A stretch of 64,000 nt of DNA. Source: Octopus vulgaris (taxonomy: Eukaryota). The stretch spans positions 41,044,001-41,108,000 of the forward strand of contig OX597828.1 in the NCBI GenBank assembly GCA_951406725.2. Reading direction: 5' to 3'. The position numbers and the translations under genes were made by a program. Shown here piece by piece: positions 50,016-63,927 of the stretch. Position 1 is the stretch's first letter. Every line of letters begins with the position of its first letter. A model generated the notes under the pieces. The model did not search any database. It saw only the letters and a list, made by a program, of their open reading frames with translations, and was not told the DNA's origin.

Positions 50016-53000
50016 TTTTTTTTTTTTTTAATTTGGTTTTGCTGGATGAAATTGAATATGTGAAGTGAAATAATGAGTTGCTTGATTCTGTTTCTCTCTT
50101 TCAATAACATTCAAAATTGCTGTCATAAACAGACAGACACACATACACATGCACACTCGGCATATGTACCACTAGAGAATAACTGCCTTGGTTTTTGCTT
50201 CATTTTATCAAATCTTTCATTTTGCTGTTTTACAAGATAATGAAACAAAAATTACTTAAAAAAAAAAAATAATAATAAATTAAAATTAGAAAAAGTCTTA
50301 CAAACAAAGAATGGTAAAAAAAAAAAAGTAAAACAAAAAGAGACCTGTAAAATTTTCCCCAACTTTTGAAATATAATACCCTGACCCGTTTGCTGTATGT
50401 CACCTCAGCCACACGTCCACACACACTCACACACACACATTTACTCCCACACTCACATTTATGTACTCATTTGTAATTGAACTCTGACTGTCTCTTTGAA
50501 AGTAAAAGCATACCAAAGTACTGTCTGAATTACTGGGTCAAATCTTATTTTCACTGCTTGTCTTGATGCGGATTGAAATAATCGAGTTTTGTTGTTGTCT
50601 TTTTTTAAGTTCTCTTAAGCAGTTTATGGCTGACTCTGCTTATTGTGCTTCTGGGATCGATAAAACAGCACCATTCAATTTACTGGAGCTGATCCAATCA
50701 ACTGTGCTTTCTTGCAAACTGTGTTTCTCTTGTGCCTGTATTTTAAATATTATTATTATTATTATTGCTATTTCTGTGTCTGTGTGTCCATGCCAACATC
50801 AGCTAAACAAAAGTAGGAATTGGTGTCGAAAATCACTTTTTAAACCGCATTGCCAACGCCCCAGTGAACCGTTACTTTGGTTTTACTTTACATTGTGAAG
50901 TTCTGTGAATGTGTTTAATAGTGTGATAAAGAAAGGAATATTGTAATTCAAGGGATATACTATGATAAAGACAGTGTTGGCAGGTAAACAAAAGAATGGA
51001 GGTAAGTTCCTGATGAACTGGGAGTCTGTAGTGTAGATCTCTTCTGATTCTCACATGGAACCCTTTCCTTTCACTGATATCACTACTCTGACTTTTAGTG
51101 GTAAAGTATGATTGACCCCCAACTTCCCATATCATTGACTTTCATTGTTAATTTAGGATTTGATTTGATTTGATTTTATTTATGCTTTGACCTGTGAAGC
51201 ATTGCTTCTCTTCTCTTGTAGTTCCTTGTCATCTCTTTTGTGAGGCCCAGCATTCTGGGATCAGATTTTTTGTGCTCACCCCTTCCGTGCCCCCTTTCCA
51301 TTCTGCACTAATTACTACACCCCTCACCCCCAATCTGTTCTTTCTTAGAATATTAGCTGTTTGAGATCTCCTCCCTGCTTATGTCTTTCCTGCAGGTATT
51401 GACTTTCAAATATTCAACAGGAATTTGACTGACATCAGTCTTGCCAGACTACGATGGCCTATGAAAGGCCAAGGGCCCTGTCCCTCTTTTAAACACTGCA
51501 AGTAAAAAAAAAAAGTTTAATCACTTCTTCCATTCTCTTTGTTGCTCCTCTTCCACCAACTCCCTCTTGGATTATTGGTCACTATTTTTCCCAATTTTAA
51601 TTCCTATTAAAACATCATCGTCAGACTTCTGTTCTAATGCAGTCTTCTCTTTTGCACACTACAACTGAATTCTGTTGATGCTCATTCTTCTTTTTCATTT
51701 CATCTCTGCTCCTTTGTTAATGCTTATTGATATTACACATCAAGCTGAGCCTATATGCCTCATTATTTCCAAGAATTCTAGTCTTAACGGTAGGCACGAA
51801 TATGACTGAATCATTAAGAAATTTACTTTGCAACCACAAGGTCCCAGGTTTGATCCTACTGTGTCACATCTTGGGTAAATGTCATTTTCTATTGCCTCAA
51901 GTTGACCCATTTCTTGAGAGAGGAATTGAGTTGGTGGAAACTTGTTGGGTAGATGTGTCTGTAATTCAAAAAGATACAGCTTTGACACATGCTGCCAAGC
52001 TGATTCTATCTGTGAAAAAGCACTTCCTTGTTTCAAATAATTTTGAAAATAAATTAAGAAATAACTTGGTTATAATTAAACTGTTGTCTTGTAGATAAAT
52101 TTACCAGAAATTTTAATAGGAGATTGTAATTTAGATAATTTTAAAACAGAAATTTTGTATTGTAGAACCAAGGGCAGTTTGAGGTAGGTTTGTATCAAAA
52201 GGGTTAAGGGTACAGGAATCGTGGAATACTCAACCACTTACACATTAATTCCAGAGCAGGTTACCCATTGATCAGACAAGTGAATCTTCATTGTTGAAAG
52301 GCTGAAATCCAAAAGCAGTCTTATGTTTAGAGTGCCTCCCCCCCCCCCCAGCCTCTGTTATGCAAACTGCGCTTTGTACTGTAAGAAAATCTCAGGCTTT
52401 ATTCCTATGTAAGAAAGAGGAATTGGATGAGCATTCAAGAGAGCTTCTGTGTAAATATTCAGTCTGGACATAGCAGGAATGAGAGAGCTTTCAACCAAAT
52501 TATTTATCTTTCTTTTAAGACGTATAGGAGTTCAAATATTTTGAAGTCTTGAATCTTCTTAAGACACCATTTGTTTAGACAACAATTAAAAAAATACTGT
52601 GCAACCTTAAGGGAGAGAAAGTCTATATGATCACTTGACTTGCTAAAAATAACATCCAAATATCACTTAAATCACATTCAGTGATTTAATCCTGTAGCAT
52701 TTAAATCAATCATATCAGCCCCTAGTATTCTGTTTTCTCTAGTTAAACCAGCTGAACCCAGCCACTCATACCTGCCCTACAATGGCTTTCTAAAACTAAA
52801 CAGTCACATCGTTGAAATCTCAAAGATATGAGGCAACGCAGGATTAATTTGAAACAAAGAGAATAAATAAGCATTACATTTGGCAGAGTAATCTGAAAGT
52901 TAAAGGGCTAAAAACAGAACAGCTACATTGTAGGCCTTTATCATCATCATCATTATATTTCTGCTTCCTATGCTGGCACAAGTTTGATAGATCATCACAG

Positions 53001-53725
53001 TCTGAGTTATTTCTTATTTGGAGCGATTGCTCTTCTAGGTAGGTCAAAGCATCTCGTCTTCATAAGTGCCCCTTTTTCTTTTCTTCTTGGGGTAGTTTCT
53101 GCAATTGGATGTCATTGCTAATACCAACCACTTCACACTAAGGTACTATGAAAGATTCTTCTGGCTGTATGCGATTCCTTTCAGGAACAAGATTTGTGTA
53201 TCTGTTGCTACAAGGATTGTATGTCATTAAAGAAGCTTAGTAATGACCTAGCAAACATTTAGCAGTAAATATTTATATATATATATATATATATACATAC
53301 ACACACACAGGTGCAGGTGTGTCTGTGTGGTAAGAAGCTTGCTTCCCAACACCATGGTTCCAGGTTCAGTCCCACTGTGTGACTTCTCGGGCAAGTGTCT
53401 TCTACTATAGCCTCAGGCCAACCAAAGCTTTGTGAATGGATTTGGTAGATGGAAACCGAAAGAAGCCTGTTGTGTATATATATGTATGTATCTATGTGTG
53501 TATGTCTTTGTTGTCTGTGTTTGTCCTCCCACCATCGCTTGACCACCGATGTTGATGTCTTTATGTACCCGTAACTTAGCTGTTTGGTAAAAAGGATTGA
53601 TAGAATAAGTACTAGGCTTACAAAGAATAAGTCCTGGGGTTGATTTCTTTGACTAAAACCCTTTAAGGTCATGCTCCAGTAGGCCACAGTCAAATGACAA
53701 ACATGTAAAAGAATATATATATATA

Positions 53726-53920
53726 AAGTTAATCCAAACAAGAAAACCCAAAAAAACACAGCAACGCGAGGACGTGGAACAAATAAAGTATTATTGGACA
53801 CTCAGGGAAGAAGGAGGGTTTAACGTTTCGAGCGGAGCTCTTCATCGGAAACATAGGAGAAGGAAAGATCCAGAGAAGGGAAGACAGGAAAAAAATCGGC
53901 AGCAGTACTCACGAGGTCAC
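53726..53920 (-). mobile_element. Penelope-like pLTR fragment with minimal hammerhead-like motif
   Basis: Minus strand GTTT CCGATGA A GAGC TCC GCTC GAAAC GTT AAAC (53818-53852); degenerate relative at about 10140-10180. Confidence 0.55.
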
Positions 53921-54034
53921 ATATACATATATATATATAATGTATATGGATGTTGTTTCCAGCAAGATAGAGGCTCCTGGTGGAAGTAAACTATAAAGTT
54001 CTTTCATCTGTGCTTAAGAAGTCACCTGCATTCC

Positions 54035-54069
54035 TTACTGATTTCTTCATTCCTGCCTTTCAGGTGAGT
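54035..54069 (+). promoter_or_regulatory. Candidate recursive splice site
   Basis: Branch-like tactgat, pyrimidine tract ttcttcattcctgccttt, CAG|GTGAGT. Confidence 0.45.
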
Positions 54070-57000
54070 GGCATCATCATTGTCACCTATGATTTAGGGA
54101 GTAGTGGCTTAACTTGCTAGAGATAGAAACCAAATCTCCCTCAAGTCAGATGATAGACAGTATAGGAGGAACACTTTATCATATGACTACCCAGGAGAAA
54201 CCTGGTACTAAAGAACAACAAGAGCCATGTGAATCAATAAGGATGTCTTCATCTATGTGGTTGATGGGCTTGCTAAAAATAGCAGCCAAATGCCCCACAG
54301 ATTATCCATTTCCATTTCAAAAAAGGGTACTTTGAATAAAATAGTCTCAGGTTTTCGATGCCTGAGAGAAGGATAGGTTGGACATGACAGGGAATCTTTT
54401 TATCGTAATTCTGCTCAGTCATGGATCACAATGATTTTTTAACAGAAGGCCATGGTTGGAAGACTGTGATATATTTCACATAGACCACTGTAGTTTGGAT
54501 TGAGACAGTCAGGTCAGATGATGCTGATCTGGCCAGTGATGGACAACTGAGTCAGGCATTTACTTTATGGTTTATATATTTGGTGTTTGAGCAATATGGG
54601 CAATATCTATGATCCGCTTTTCAGTGGCTTCATGACTTGTGAGAAGAATTTATCCTAAGGGCCAAAACCTGAGCTTGCAACTAAGTGATCTCCAGTAAAG
54701 CCATCCAAGGACCAGGTGATAGTGTTTAACTGGACGAAGGAATAAATTTATCGCCCAAGAACAGGAGTGGTCCCTCCTTTGGACTTACCACAAAGTTTCT
54801 ACCTTTTTTTTAATGTCATTCACAAGACTCCAGTCCACACAAGAAGACACTTGTCCAGGGTACTGTGCAATGGGATTGAACCTGAAATCACATAGTTGTG
54901 AAGTAAATTTATAACCACATGGTCATGTCTGCAACCTGGCTGTTGACCTAATGAAGTAACTTGCAACTACTGCAAAGCTGTGAAAGTAAGGCACTGAAAT
55001 CATTTCACTTTGCTGTGGTAATTATTGCTTAACCTGGTGTCCGTGTCGGTGACACATAAAAGCACCAACCGATTGTGGCTGTTTGCCAGCCTGCATTGGC
55101 TCCTGTGCCGGTGGCACGTAAAAAGCATCCACTACACTCACGGTGTGGTTGGCATTAGGAAGAGCATCCAGCTGTAGAAACACTGCCAAATCAGACTGGA
55201 GCCTGGTGCAGCCTCCATGGCTTACCAGACCCCGATAGAACCGTCCAACCTATGCTAGCATGGAAAACGGACGTTAAAAATGATGATGTATCCAGCAAAC
55301 AAGACCAAAAGCATTTCAGTTGTGACCCTCTTTCATCCATTCTCAGGCACTGTGCACCCAGGGCCACATTAAATAAAACTGACACTCTATTGGTTATGAC
55401 GACAGGTTTTCTAGTTGATCCAATCAACAGAACAGCTTGCTCATGAAATTTAACAGGCAAGTGGCTGAGCACTCCACAGACGCGCATACTCTTAACATAG
55501 TTCTCAAGGAATTTAATGTGACATGGCTGTATTACAGGTACTACTCATTTTTGCCAGCTGACTAGACTGGAGCAACATGAAATAAAAGTGTCCTGCTCAA
55601 GGACACAACATGCTACTGGAAATAAAACTTGTAAGCCAAATATTCTAATCACTGAGCCATGAGTTTTGTTTGATGGCTTTGTAGGGTTTTTTTGTTTTTT
55701 TTTATTAGCTTGCTGAGTCTGAAGGAAAGGGTGGTAATCTTGGCCTCCTCAGGCCATCCTTGACAAGTGATATTTGGCAGCTTGCTTTGCAAGCCAGCCA
55801 TTGCAGGTATCACTAGTCAGATATTATTCATGATGGTTGATGTAGTTATTGCACCAACAGATGTAGACTACCAAACATATTTCTTAAAGTTTGTAGAAAG
55901 ATTCATAGTGATGATGATGAAAAATAAAGTTGATTTCAATCTGATGCAGATCTCAATGAAGAATTAAATGTATAGAGCAATTGTTTAGCATGATTTTGTC
56001 CCTTAGCCCTCTTCATTTTAGTCTTGAAAGTTTTTCATCTCAAAGGAATTCAAAATGTGTTCATCATCATTTAGCATCCATTTTCCATGCTGGCGTGGGT
56101 TGGATGGTTTGACAGGGGCTGGTATGGCAAATGGAAGGGCTGCACCAGTCTCCATTTGTCCGTTTTGGCATGGTGTCTACAACTGGATGCTCTTAATGTC
56201 AACCACTTTACAGGGTGTATGGATTGCTTTTCATGTAGCATCAACACAAATGGGGAAATCTATTTGATCATATCCTGGTTCTAACTAAAGATTTAGAAAA
56301 GATGTTGCAGTGAGATCGTGAAGAAGCCCCAAAGTAACTAAATTAATATCATTGTCTTAATGTCCACTTTTCCATATTTGCATGGGTCAGATGGAATTCA
56401 TTGAGGAAGATTTTCTATGGCTGGGATGCCTTTCCTGTCACTAACCTTGTTTTCAAGCAAGGTGATATTTGTTTTTGGATGAATGTATTTTTTTTTATGA
56501 AGATTGGAAATGAATGGCCACCACTTGTGAGATAGTGACATTTATTTGCAACTACCACATGATGTCATGATAAAGAAATACTCACACACACACAAACTCA
56601 AAAGTCTTTCAATTTCCATTAACCAAATCCACTCACAAGGCTTTGATCAACCCATGGCTATAAAAGAAGACACTTGGCCAAGGTGCCACATGGTGGGACT
56701 GAAGATAAAAACCATAAGGTTTTAAAGTGACCTTCTTGACCACATAACCACATCTGAACCTCAGAAGCCTAGCAATTAACATGACTAATCAATAAATCAA
56801 AATTTTTAGACTAGACTTACAACTTTCTCTTAATTCGTTTATGTTCTTCAACCACCAATTTTATGGTCCTGCTTGACTAAGGCACTAATTAAATAGAGGC
56901 CAAAGCTTTCTCTATCCTGTTGTCTTTTGTTTTTTCCTGTTATATAATCAGGACTATCTCATACATTAATCTATTTTGTGACTCTAAGCTGAAGTTTGGA

Positions 57001-57884
57001 TGAAAGTTGGCAACTAATTAAAGTAGGTTGTACAACTGTGTGAAAGCTCTTTTGCTCACTTGGCTACTTTAACAAGGGGCCAGAGGTGAACCTGTCTAAT
57101 GATCCACTTAATGAAATCATTAAGGAATTCAAAAATGCTAAAGGTGACCACAAATAAAACTAGTTAACAGTAAAGCCTCACAAGCCTCATGGCTTCAGAA
57201 AACTTTTTTTTGAGCTGGAACTAAATAAACTAAAAACTAATTGTCAATGCAAACAAACACTGGATACACAAAATGTTGAGCAGGATGTATTACAGACTAG
57301 ATTGTCCCTTTAATATCTAAACTGGTTGTATCTGGTCCAAATATTCTTGTTTTATATTCAAACCACCCAGATCCAGCATTTCACACCTACCCTTCAAGCT
57401 AATGTATGATTAATTTGAAGCAATGTGAATGAATAAACATTACATTTGACAGTAATCTGAATGCCAAAGGGTTGAGAAGAAGAAACCAGATGTTTTAAAT
57501 ACAAGAGATACATTTGGAGTAATTCAGGATATCAGCAGCTTTGAAAAACCACTGAAGATTTTGAGCTCTTCTGGGTGAGGGGTCCTGGAAGTGCTGTATA
57601 TGTTAACCCTTTTGGTACCATATTTATTTTGAGATGTTCTGTGTTTCTTTCAATTAATTTTAAATATAAAGAATTTAGTAAAATAACTTAGATATCATTA
57701 AGCTAGTGTTAGGAACATTAATTGTGACTAAGGTTTGGTGGAAGATTCTAATTCAAAACAAGACATTTGTACTACAGAGCCAGAGGTGGTTTCAGCTGGG
57801 TTGGTTAGGTTACTTGTGGAGTGAACTAGTGATGACATAGTCTGAAGCAATGGTGAAGTTTATAGAATTATGAAATTATGTGGT

Positions 57885-58290
57885 ATATGGGCCAATGAAA
57901 GAGGCTTATATGTTGCTACTTGATCTGTTAGAAATGGTAGCCAAATTCTTCTGAAATTACATGAGCCAATAAGAAAGACTGTGCAACTACTTGATGTTTT
58001 AGAAATAACCAAATCTCCCTTAAATTACACAAGCCTCTATATGACCACTCAACCTGCTAGAAATAGCCATCAAAACTACACAAGCTAGCAAAGAAGTCAC
58101 TATGTAATAATCCAAAATACTGAAAATAGCAGCCAAATTTCTCACATATTCAACAACCCTCTTTGAGGCCACTCAAACCTGCTGTAAATATCAACCAAAG
58201 CTCTCTCAGATTGCACAAGCCAATCAACTTGCTAGATATGGCAGCCAAATCTCCCTAACATTATACAACTATTGTCTTGAAAAAAAAAAT
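57885..58290 (+). repeat. Degenerate tandem array of about 60-65-bp units
   Basis: Five to six repeats of (c)tgctagaaatagcagccaaatctcc..aaattacacaagcc. Confidence 0.65.
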
Positions 58291-61200
58291 GAAATGATAC
58301 TGATAGTATAATAAAAAATAGGATGGCCACTACTGGAGGGCCGCTTGATCAAAGTTGACTTGGGAACTAAACAACAAGAGTCATGAGAATAGTGATACTG
58401 ATGAACATCAATAAATATTGAGGATCTGTACAGATTAGAGAAAGAAAAAGAATTAGTTCAGTAGATGTTCTTGTGTAGCTCCAAGGCATCATTGGTCAAG
58501 CAGATCTCAAGACATTCCAGCCATAACCATCACACCATCGTTTTCAAGTTATTGTGTAGTTTGGACTTATCTTTTTTTCTTTTCTTTTAAGATGGTAGGG
58601 TGTGATTTGAGGTAGACTTTGCAGCTTTTCTAGCAGGTCAGGTGACCACATACAGCCTATGTCATTGGTTCTTCATTCTTTATTTTTGTCAAGTGGAATA
58701 TTAACTTTTGAGAAAGTATCTGGATAACAATAGTATTGGTTGTGTGGTTAAGAAGCTTGCTTCCCAATCATGTGGTTTTGGGTTCAAGTCCCACTATGCA
58801 GCATCTTGGACACATGTCTTCTACAATAGCCCCATGATAGAAACTGAAAGAAGCCCATCACATACATGTATATATCTGTGTGTTTGTCCTCCACCATCGG
58901 TGTTGGTTTGTTTACATCACCATAACTTAGTGGTTCAGCAAAAAGAACATAGAATAAGTACCAAATTCATAAAGAAAAAGGGATTGGGGTTGATTTGTTT
59001 GACTGAAGCCCTTCAAGGTAGAGTCTTGACATAGCTGTAGTCAAATGATTGAAACAAGTTAAAGACAAAATATTAATCTAAGGCCTAGTCAGATCTGGCA
59101 GTGTTTCTACGGCTGGATGCCCTTCCTAACGTCAACCACTCCGTGAGTGTAGTGGGTGCTTTTTACATGCCACCGGCACAGGTGCCAGACAGCTGGCAAA
59201 CGGCCACGAACGGATGGTGCTTTTATGTGCCACCGGCACGGGGGCCAGGCGAGGCTGGCAATCGTTTAATGTCCATGTTGGCATGGATGTTTGACAAGGA
59301 TCTGATGAATCTAAGGGTTGCATTGTGTTCCAATTTTTGCTTTGGCATGGTTTCTACTGTTGGATGCCCTTCCTGACACCAACCACTTTACAGTCTGTAC
59401 TGGGTCACTTTTGGGGTGGGGGTGGGGGGCACTGGCATTTATTGAAGTCACTATGTCGCTTACAAATCTACAAACCTGAGGAGGCAGGGTACTTGCACCA
59501 TATAGATAGACATACATATGAAGGGGGCGCAGGGACCTTCATCGTTTGGCTATGAGGATTCAGTTGCTCAGTCAACTGAGTTATCTGCTCCTGAAGTAAC
59601 CTGTAATTGACTGAGAACATTCTACAGGTACATTTACTCTCCAGTGTAATTTTCAGACACAATCAGCATGACACAGTGTGTGACTAAGCTGTACCTTTGA
59701 ATTGCTGGTACAGTCCATCCAACAGAGGCTTCTATATAGTTTCCAGCTATCCAATTTCACTCACAATGTATGGATCTGCCCAAGTTTTTAAAAATGTCCA
59801 TTTTCCCAAGATGCCTTGCAATGGGATCAAACCTAGGACCTTTTGATTTGGAGACAAACTTATTAACTGTTTGGCCATACCACATGTGTATACGCATGCA
59901 CAATGAGACTGCTGCTCTGGTGTGGATGGAAATTGGTGATGAGGAGACAATAAAGAAAGGATACATTGAATGACATTTTCACTGATATAGAGAAAAAGAC
60001 AGGATGGCTGGCCATAACTAGAATGCCTCTGATAATAGGATTTTTCACTCAGTACTTACCTGGGCTAAACAAGTAAACCTTGTTTATGAATGGAGGAGCG
60101 TAACAATGAGGTGCCCTTCCCTTCTCATTCATTGCTCTGCAGGATTGTTTAAAAGACAGAAAAAAGAAGAAAAAAAAAGAGAATATATCTTACAGGAGTT
60201 CCAGCAGTCTGTTTGCAGCTCTAAGGATCAGTTTCCTGCCTTCCATGGGGGACATGTTGGATACTCAGATATCTTGCTTGGAAGCAAAGCATTTAATAAC
60301 AGTACAAGATCAAATGCTATACAAGTCCTTCATTAATTGGTTCATTGCACAATAACTGTGCAACATTACTTCTTATAATCATCATCGTCATCTGTCCATT
60401 TTTCCATGACTAAATGGGTTTAATCCAGCGTTGTGTCCTAACACTTGTCGTGATCCTTTGTCCTCTGGTATGCACAAAAAAAAAAGAGAACAACTGACAA
60501 TCTTTGTTGCTGTCTTGGTTTTTCTATGGCTGGATGCTCTTCCTGTCACTAGCACGTGTGAGGTTCACTGTGGCTGGACTTAAGAGTCACCTCCCTTCCC
60601 TATATCAGTATAAGGCAGCGAGCTGGCAGAAACGTTAGCACACCGGGCGAAATGCGTTGCTGTATTTCGTCTGCCGTTACGTTCCGAGTTCAAATTTCGC
60701 CGAGGTCGACTTTGCCTTTCATCCTTCCAGGGTCGATAAATTAAGTACCAGTTACGCACTGGGGTCGATGTAATTGATTAATCCGTTTGTCTCCTCTGTG
60801 TTTAGCCCCTTGTGGGTAGTAAAGAAATATATATCAGTATTTGAGTCAGTGTTGCTTCTCTTGTAGGTATGTTGGTTGAAATTTGCAAGATCCAAATGTA
60901 TACACAGACATCTCATTAGTAAACACAGATACCCATTCAGTATACCATTGTATCTGTGCAGACTATTCATTAGTACACTGCTCAAATGGTTACATCATCA
61001 TCATCATCATTTAGCGTCCGCTTTCCATGCTGGCATGGGTTGGACGGTTCAACTGGGGTCTGTGAAGCCAGAAGGCTGCACCAGGCCCAGTCTGATCTGG
61101 CAATGTTTCTATGGCTGGATGCCCTTCCTAACGCCAACCACTCTGTGAGTGTAGTGGGTGCTTTTTACGTGCCAGACGAGGCTGACAAACGGCCATGATC

Positions 61201-62697
61201 GGATGGTGCTTTTTACGTGCCACCGGCACGGAGGCCAGGCAAGGCTGGCAACGGCCAAGATCGGATGGTGCTTACAAAGTATGTCTACTAAATACTAGAT
61301 TAAATGACGGTGTCTATTTACTTTTGAGGCGTCTGTGTTGATGTAGACTAAGAATGCTTATCGTCCCGAAAACTCTTTGTGTGGTCAAGCTATATTGTGA
61401 ACGGAGCATTTAGTCAGGTTGCTAGAAAGAAAAAGACAGCTCGAGGACTTACAAAAGAATCGTCGTCGTCATCATTTAACATCCTTCCATGCTGGCATGA
61501 GTTGGACGGTTTGACAGGAGCTGACCAGGCGGGGGCCTGCGCTATGCTTCTGAGTGTACTTTTTCGTGAGAATACATACTATAAATCTTTGGTTTGATGT
61601 CATGTGGATAGAAAACGATGAGTGTATGTAATCAAGAGAATGGGGTGGCATGTTTAGCAAATTAGAACTGAATGACATCTCATTGTTAACTGAAGAGTTG
61701 TGTGTGTGTGTGTTTGAAATCAAGGTGGTGGACAGAGATATAAGGAAAATAAATTTGATTGATGCTTTGTGAAGGGTAAATGTGTTCATATATAGTGGAA
61801 CAGGAATTTTTTCTGTGGCAGACAATGAACTACATCTGTTGGATGACTACATAAAATGAAGTTGGATGGGTGAGTGTCGTCAAAAATTATTGGTTAAAAT
61901 GGCAGTTGCATTTGTGTTCCAATATATATACTCACCAAGGTGCTGAGCTGGCAGAAACTTTCGTCTGTCTTTATGTTCTGAGTTCAAATTCTGCCAAGTT
62001 CGACTTTGACTTTCATCTTTTCGGGGTCGATAAATTATGTACCAGTTGCGTACTGGGGTCAATCTAATCAACTAGCCCCCTCCCCTCCCATAATATTTCC
62101 GGCCTTATGCCTAGAATAGTAAAGAATATAAATACTCACCCTGAAGATGTGTGGCCTGGTGGTTAGGGTGTTGCACTCAGTGTTTGCAAGATTGTGGTTT
62201 CAATTCCCAGACAGGTGGTGTATTGTGTTATAAAACAAAATTCTTCATTTTACGTAGCTCCAGCGCACTCAGCTGTAAACGGGTCACCCTGTGACAGACT
62301 GGTGTTCTGTTCAAGAGTGGCATGGCACCTTATGGAACTACACCAATGTGAGAAAGTGCATTGTGGTCAGCAGTGTATAACATTCAATTGTCTGGTTGAT
62401 ACAATGATATGCTCAGTACTATATGTACATAGTTTATATATGGCTTCCGTGCTGGTGGCACGTAAAATGCATCAATCCGACCGTGGCCATTGCCAGCCTC
62501 GCCTGGCACCTATGCAGGTGGCACATAAAAAGCACCCACTACACTCACGGAGTGGTTGGCGTTAGGAAGGGCATCCAGCTGTAGAAACATTGCCAGATAA
62601 GACTGGAGCCTGGGGCAGCCTTCTGGCTTCCCAGATTCCCGGTCGAACCGTCCAACCCATGCTAGCATGGAGAACGGACGTTAAACGATGATGATGA

Positions 62698-62728
<31 letters not shown>

Positions 62729-63232
62729 GCACATGGCTTAGTGGTTAGGGTGTTGCTCTCATGATCTAGCGATTGTGATTTCAATTCTTAGACCAAGTGG
62801 TATGTTGTGTTCTTGAGCAAAACACTTCATCTCATATTGCTCTGGCAATCACTTCAACACCTGATGCATGGTACACCATACACCTGTTCAGACAACGATG
62901 ATTTGATCACAATAAAAACAAATCATTTTGTGCAGATTGTTTGGGAAAAGCTGAACACTCATACGTCATCTCCGATGGGAAAGTCCATCATATAAACACA
63001 TCCATGTTCAAGTTTGTTCTTTTTTATGAGTGATTTTTCTTTCCTTCTTACCTTAGTTCTTCACAATAGCATCCTTAAAGCCATTAACATTCCAAGGTTT
63101 TGTCAGTCTCAGCATCAGTTTGAAATGATAGCAACAGTGGTTTGTAGTTTGTGTTTTGCAGTAGGTTGCAAAGGATCATGGGAATATTGTATCAAATAAA
63201 ATTGTCCACACTGAATTTAAGAATTGAACAAA

Positions 63233-63896
63233 GGTGCAGGAGTGGCTGTGTGGTAAGTAGCTTGCTTACCAACAACATGGTTCTGGGTTCAGTCCCACTG
63301 CATGGCACCTTGGGCAAGCGTCTTCTGCTATAGCCTTGGACCGACCAAAGCCTACTGAGTGGATTTGGTTGAGGGTAACTGAAAGAAGCCCGTCATATAT
63401 GTGTGTGTGTGTGTGTGTGTGTGTATGTATTTGTGTCTATGTTTGTCTTACCTCCCCCTATTATCGCTTGACAACCGATGCTGGTGTGTCTAGGTCCCCG
63501 TAACTTAGCAGTTTGGGAGAAGAAACCAATAGAATAAGTACACAGAATAAGTTCTGGGGTTGATTTGTTCAACTAAAGGCTGTGCTCCAGCATGGCCGCA
63601 GTCAAATGACTGAAACAAATGAAAGAGTAAAGGTTAAATCTTGGTAAATTTACTTGTTTAGTTTATCTGTGATGTATCTCTTTCGTTTGTAATATACTCT
63701 TACTCTTTTACTTGTTTCAGTCATTTTGACTGCGGCCATGCTGGAGCACCGCCTTTAGTCGATCAAATCGACCCCGGGACTTATTCTTTGTAAGCCTAGT
63801 ACTTATTCTATCGGTCTCTTTTGCCGAACCGCTAAGTGACGGGGATGTAAACACACTAGCATCGGTTGTCAAGCAATGCTAGGGGGACAAACACAG

Positions 63897-63927
<31 letters not shown>

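Noticed and set aside
51396-51502. Possible bromodomain exon (contains RWPM)
   Set aside because: Wrong phase for the exon y donor and no WPF/PV/PMD pattern.
53025-53044. TAG|GTAGGT recursive site
   Set aside because: Lies within a dispersed repeat motif (atttggctgctatttctagcaggtc type) and has a short pyrimidine tract.
53259-53801. 180-aa ORF
   Set aside because: Antisense read-through of a SINE-A copy plus microsatellite.
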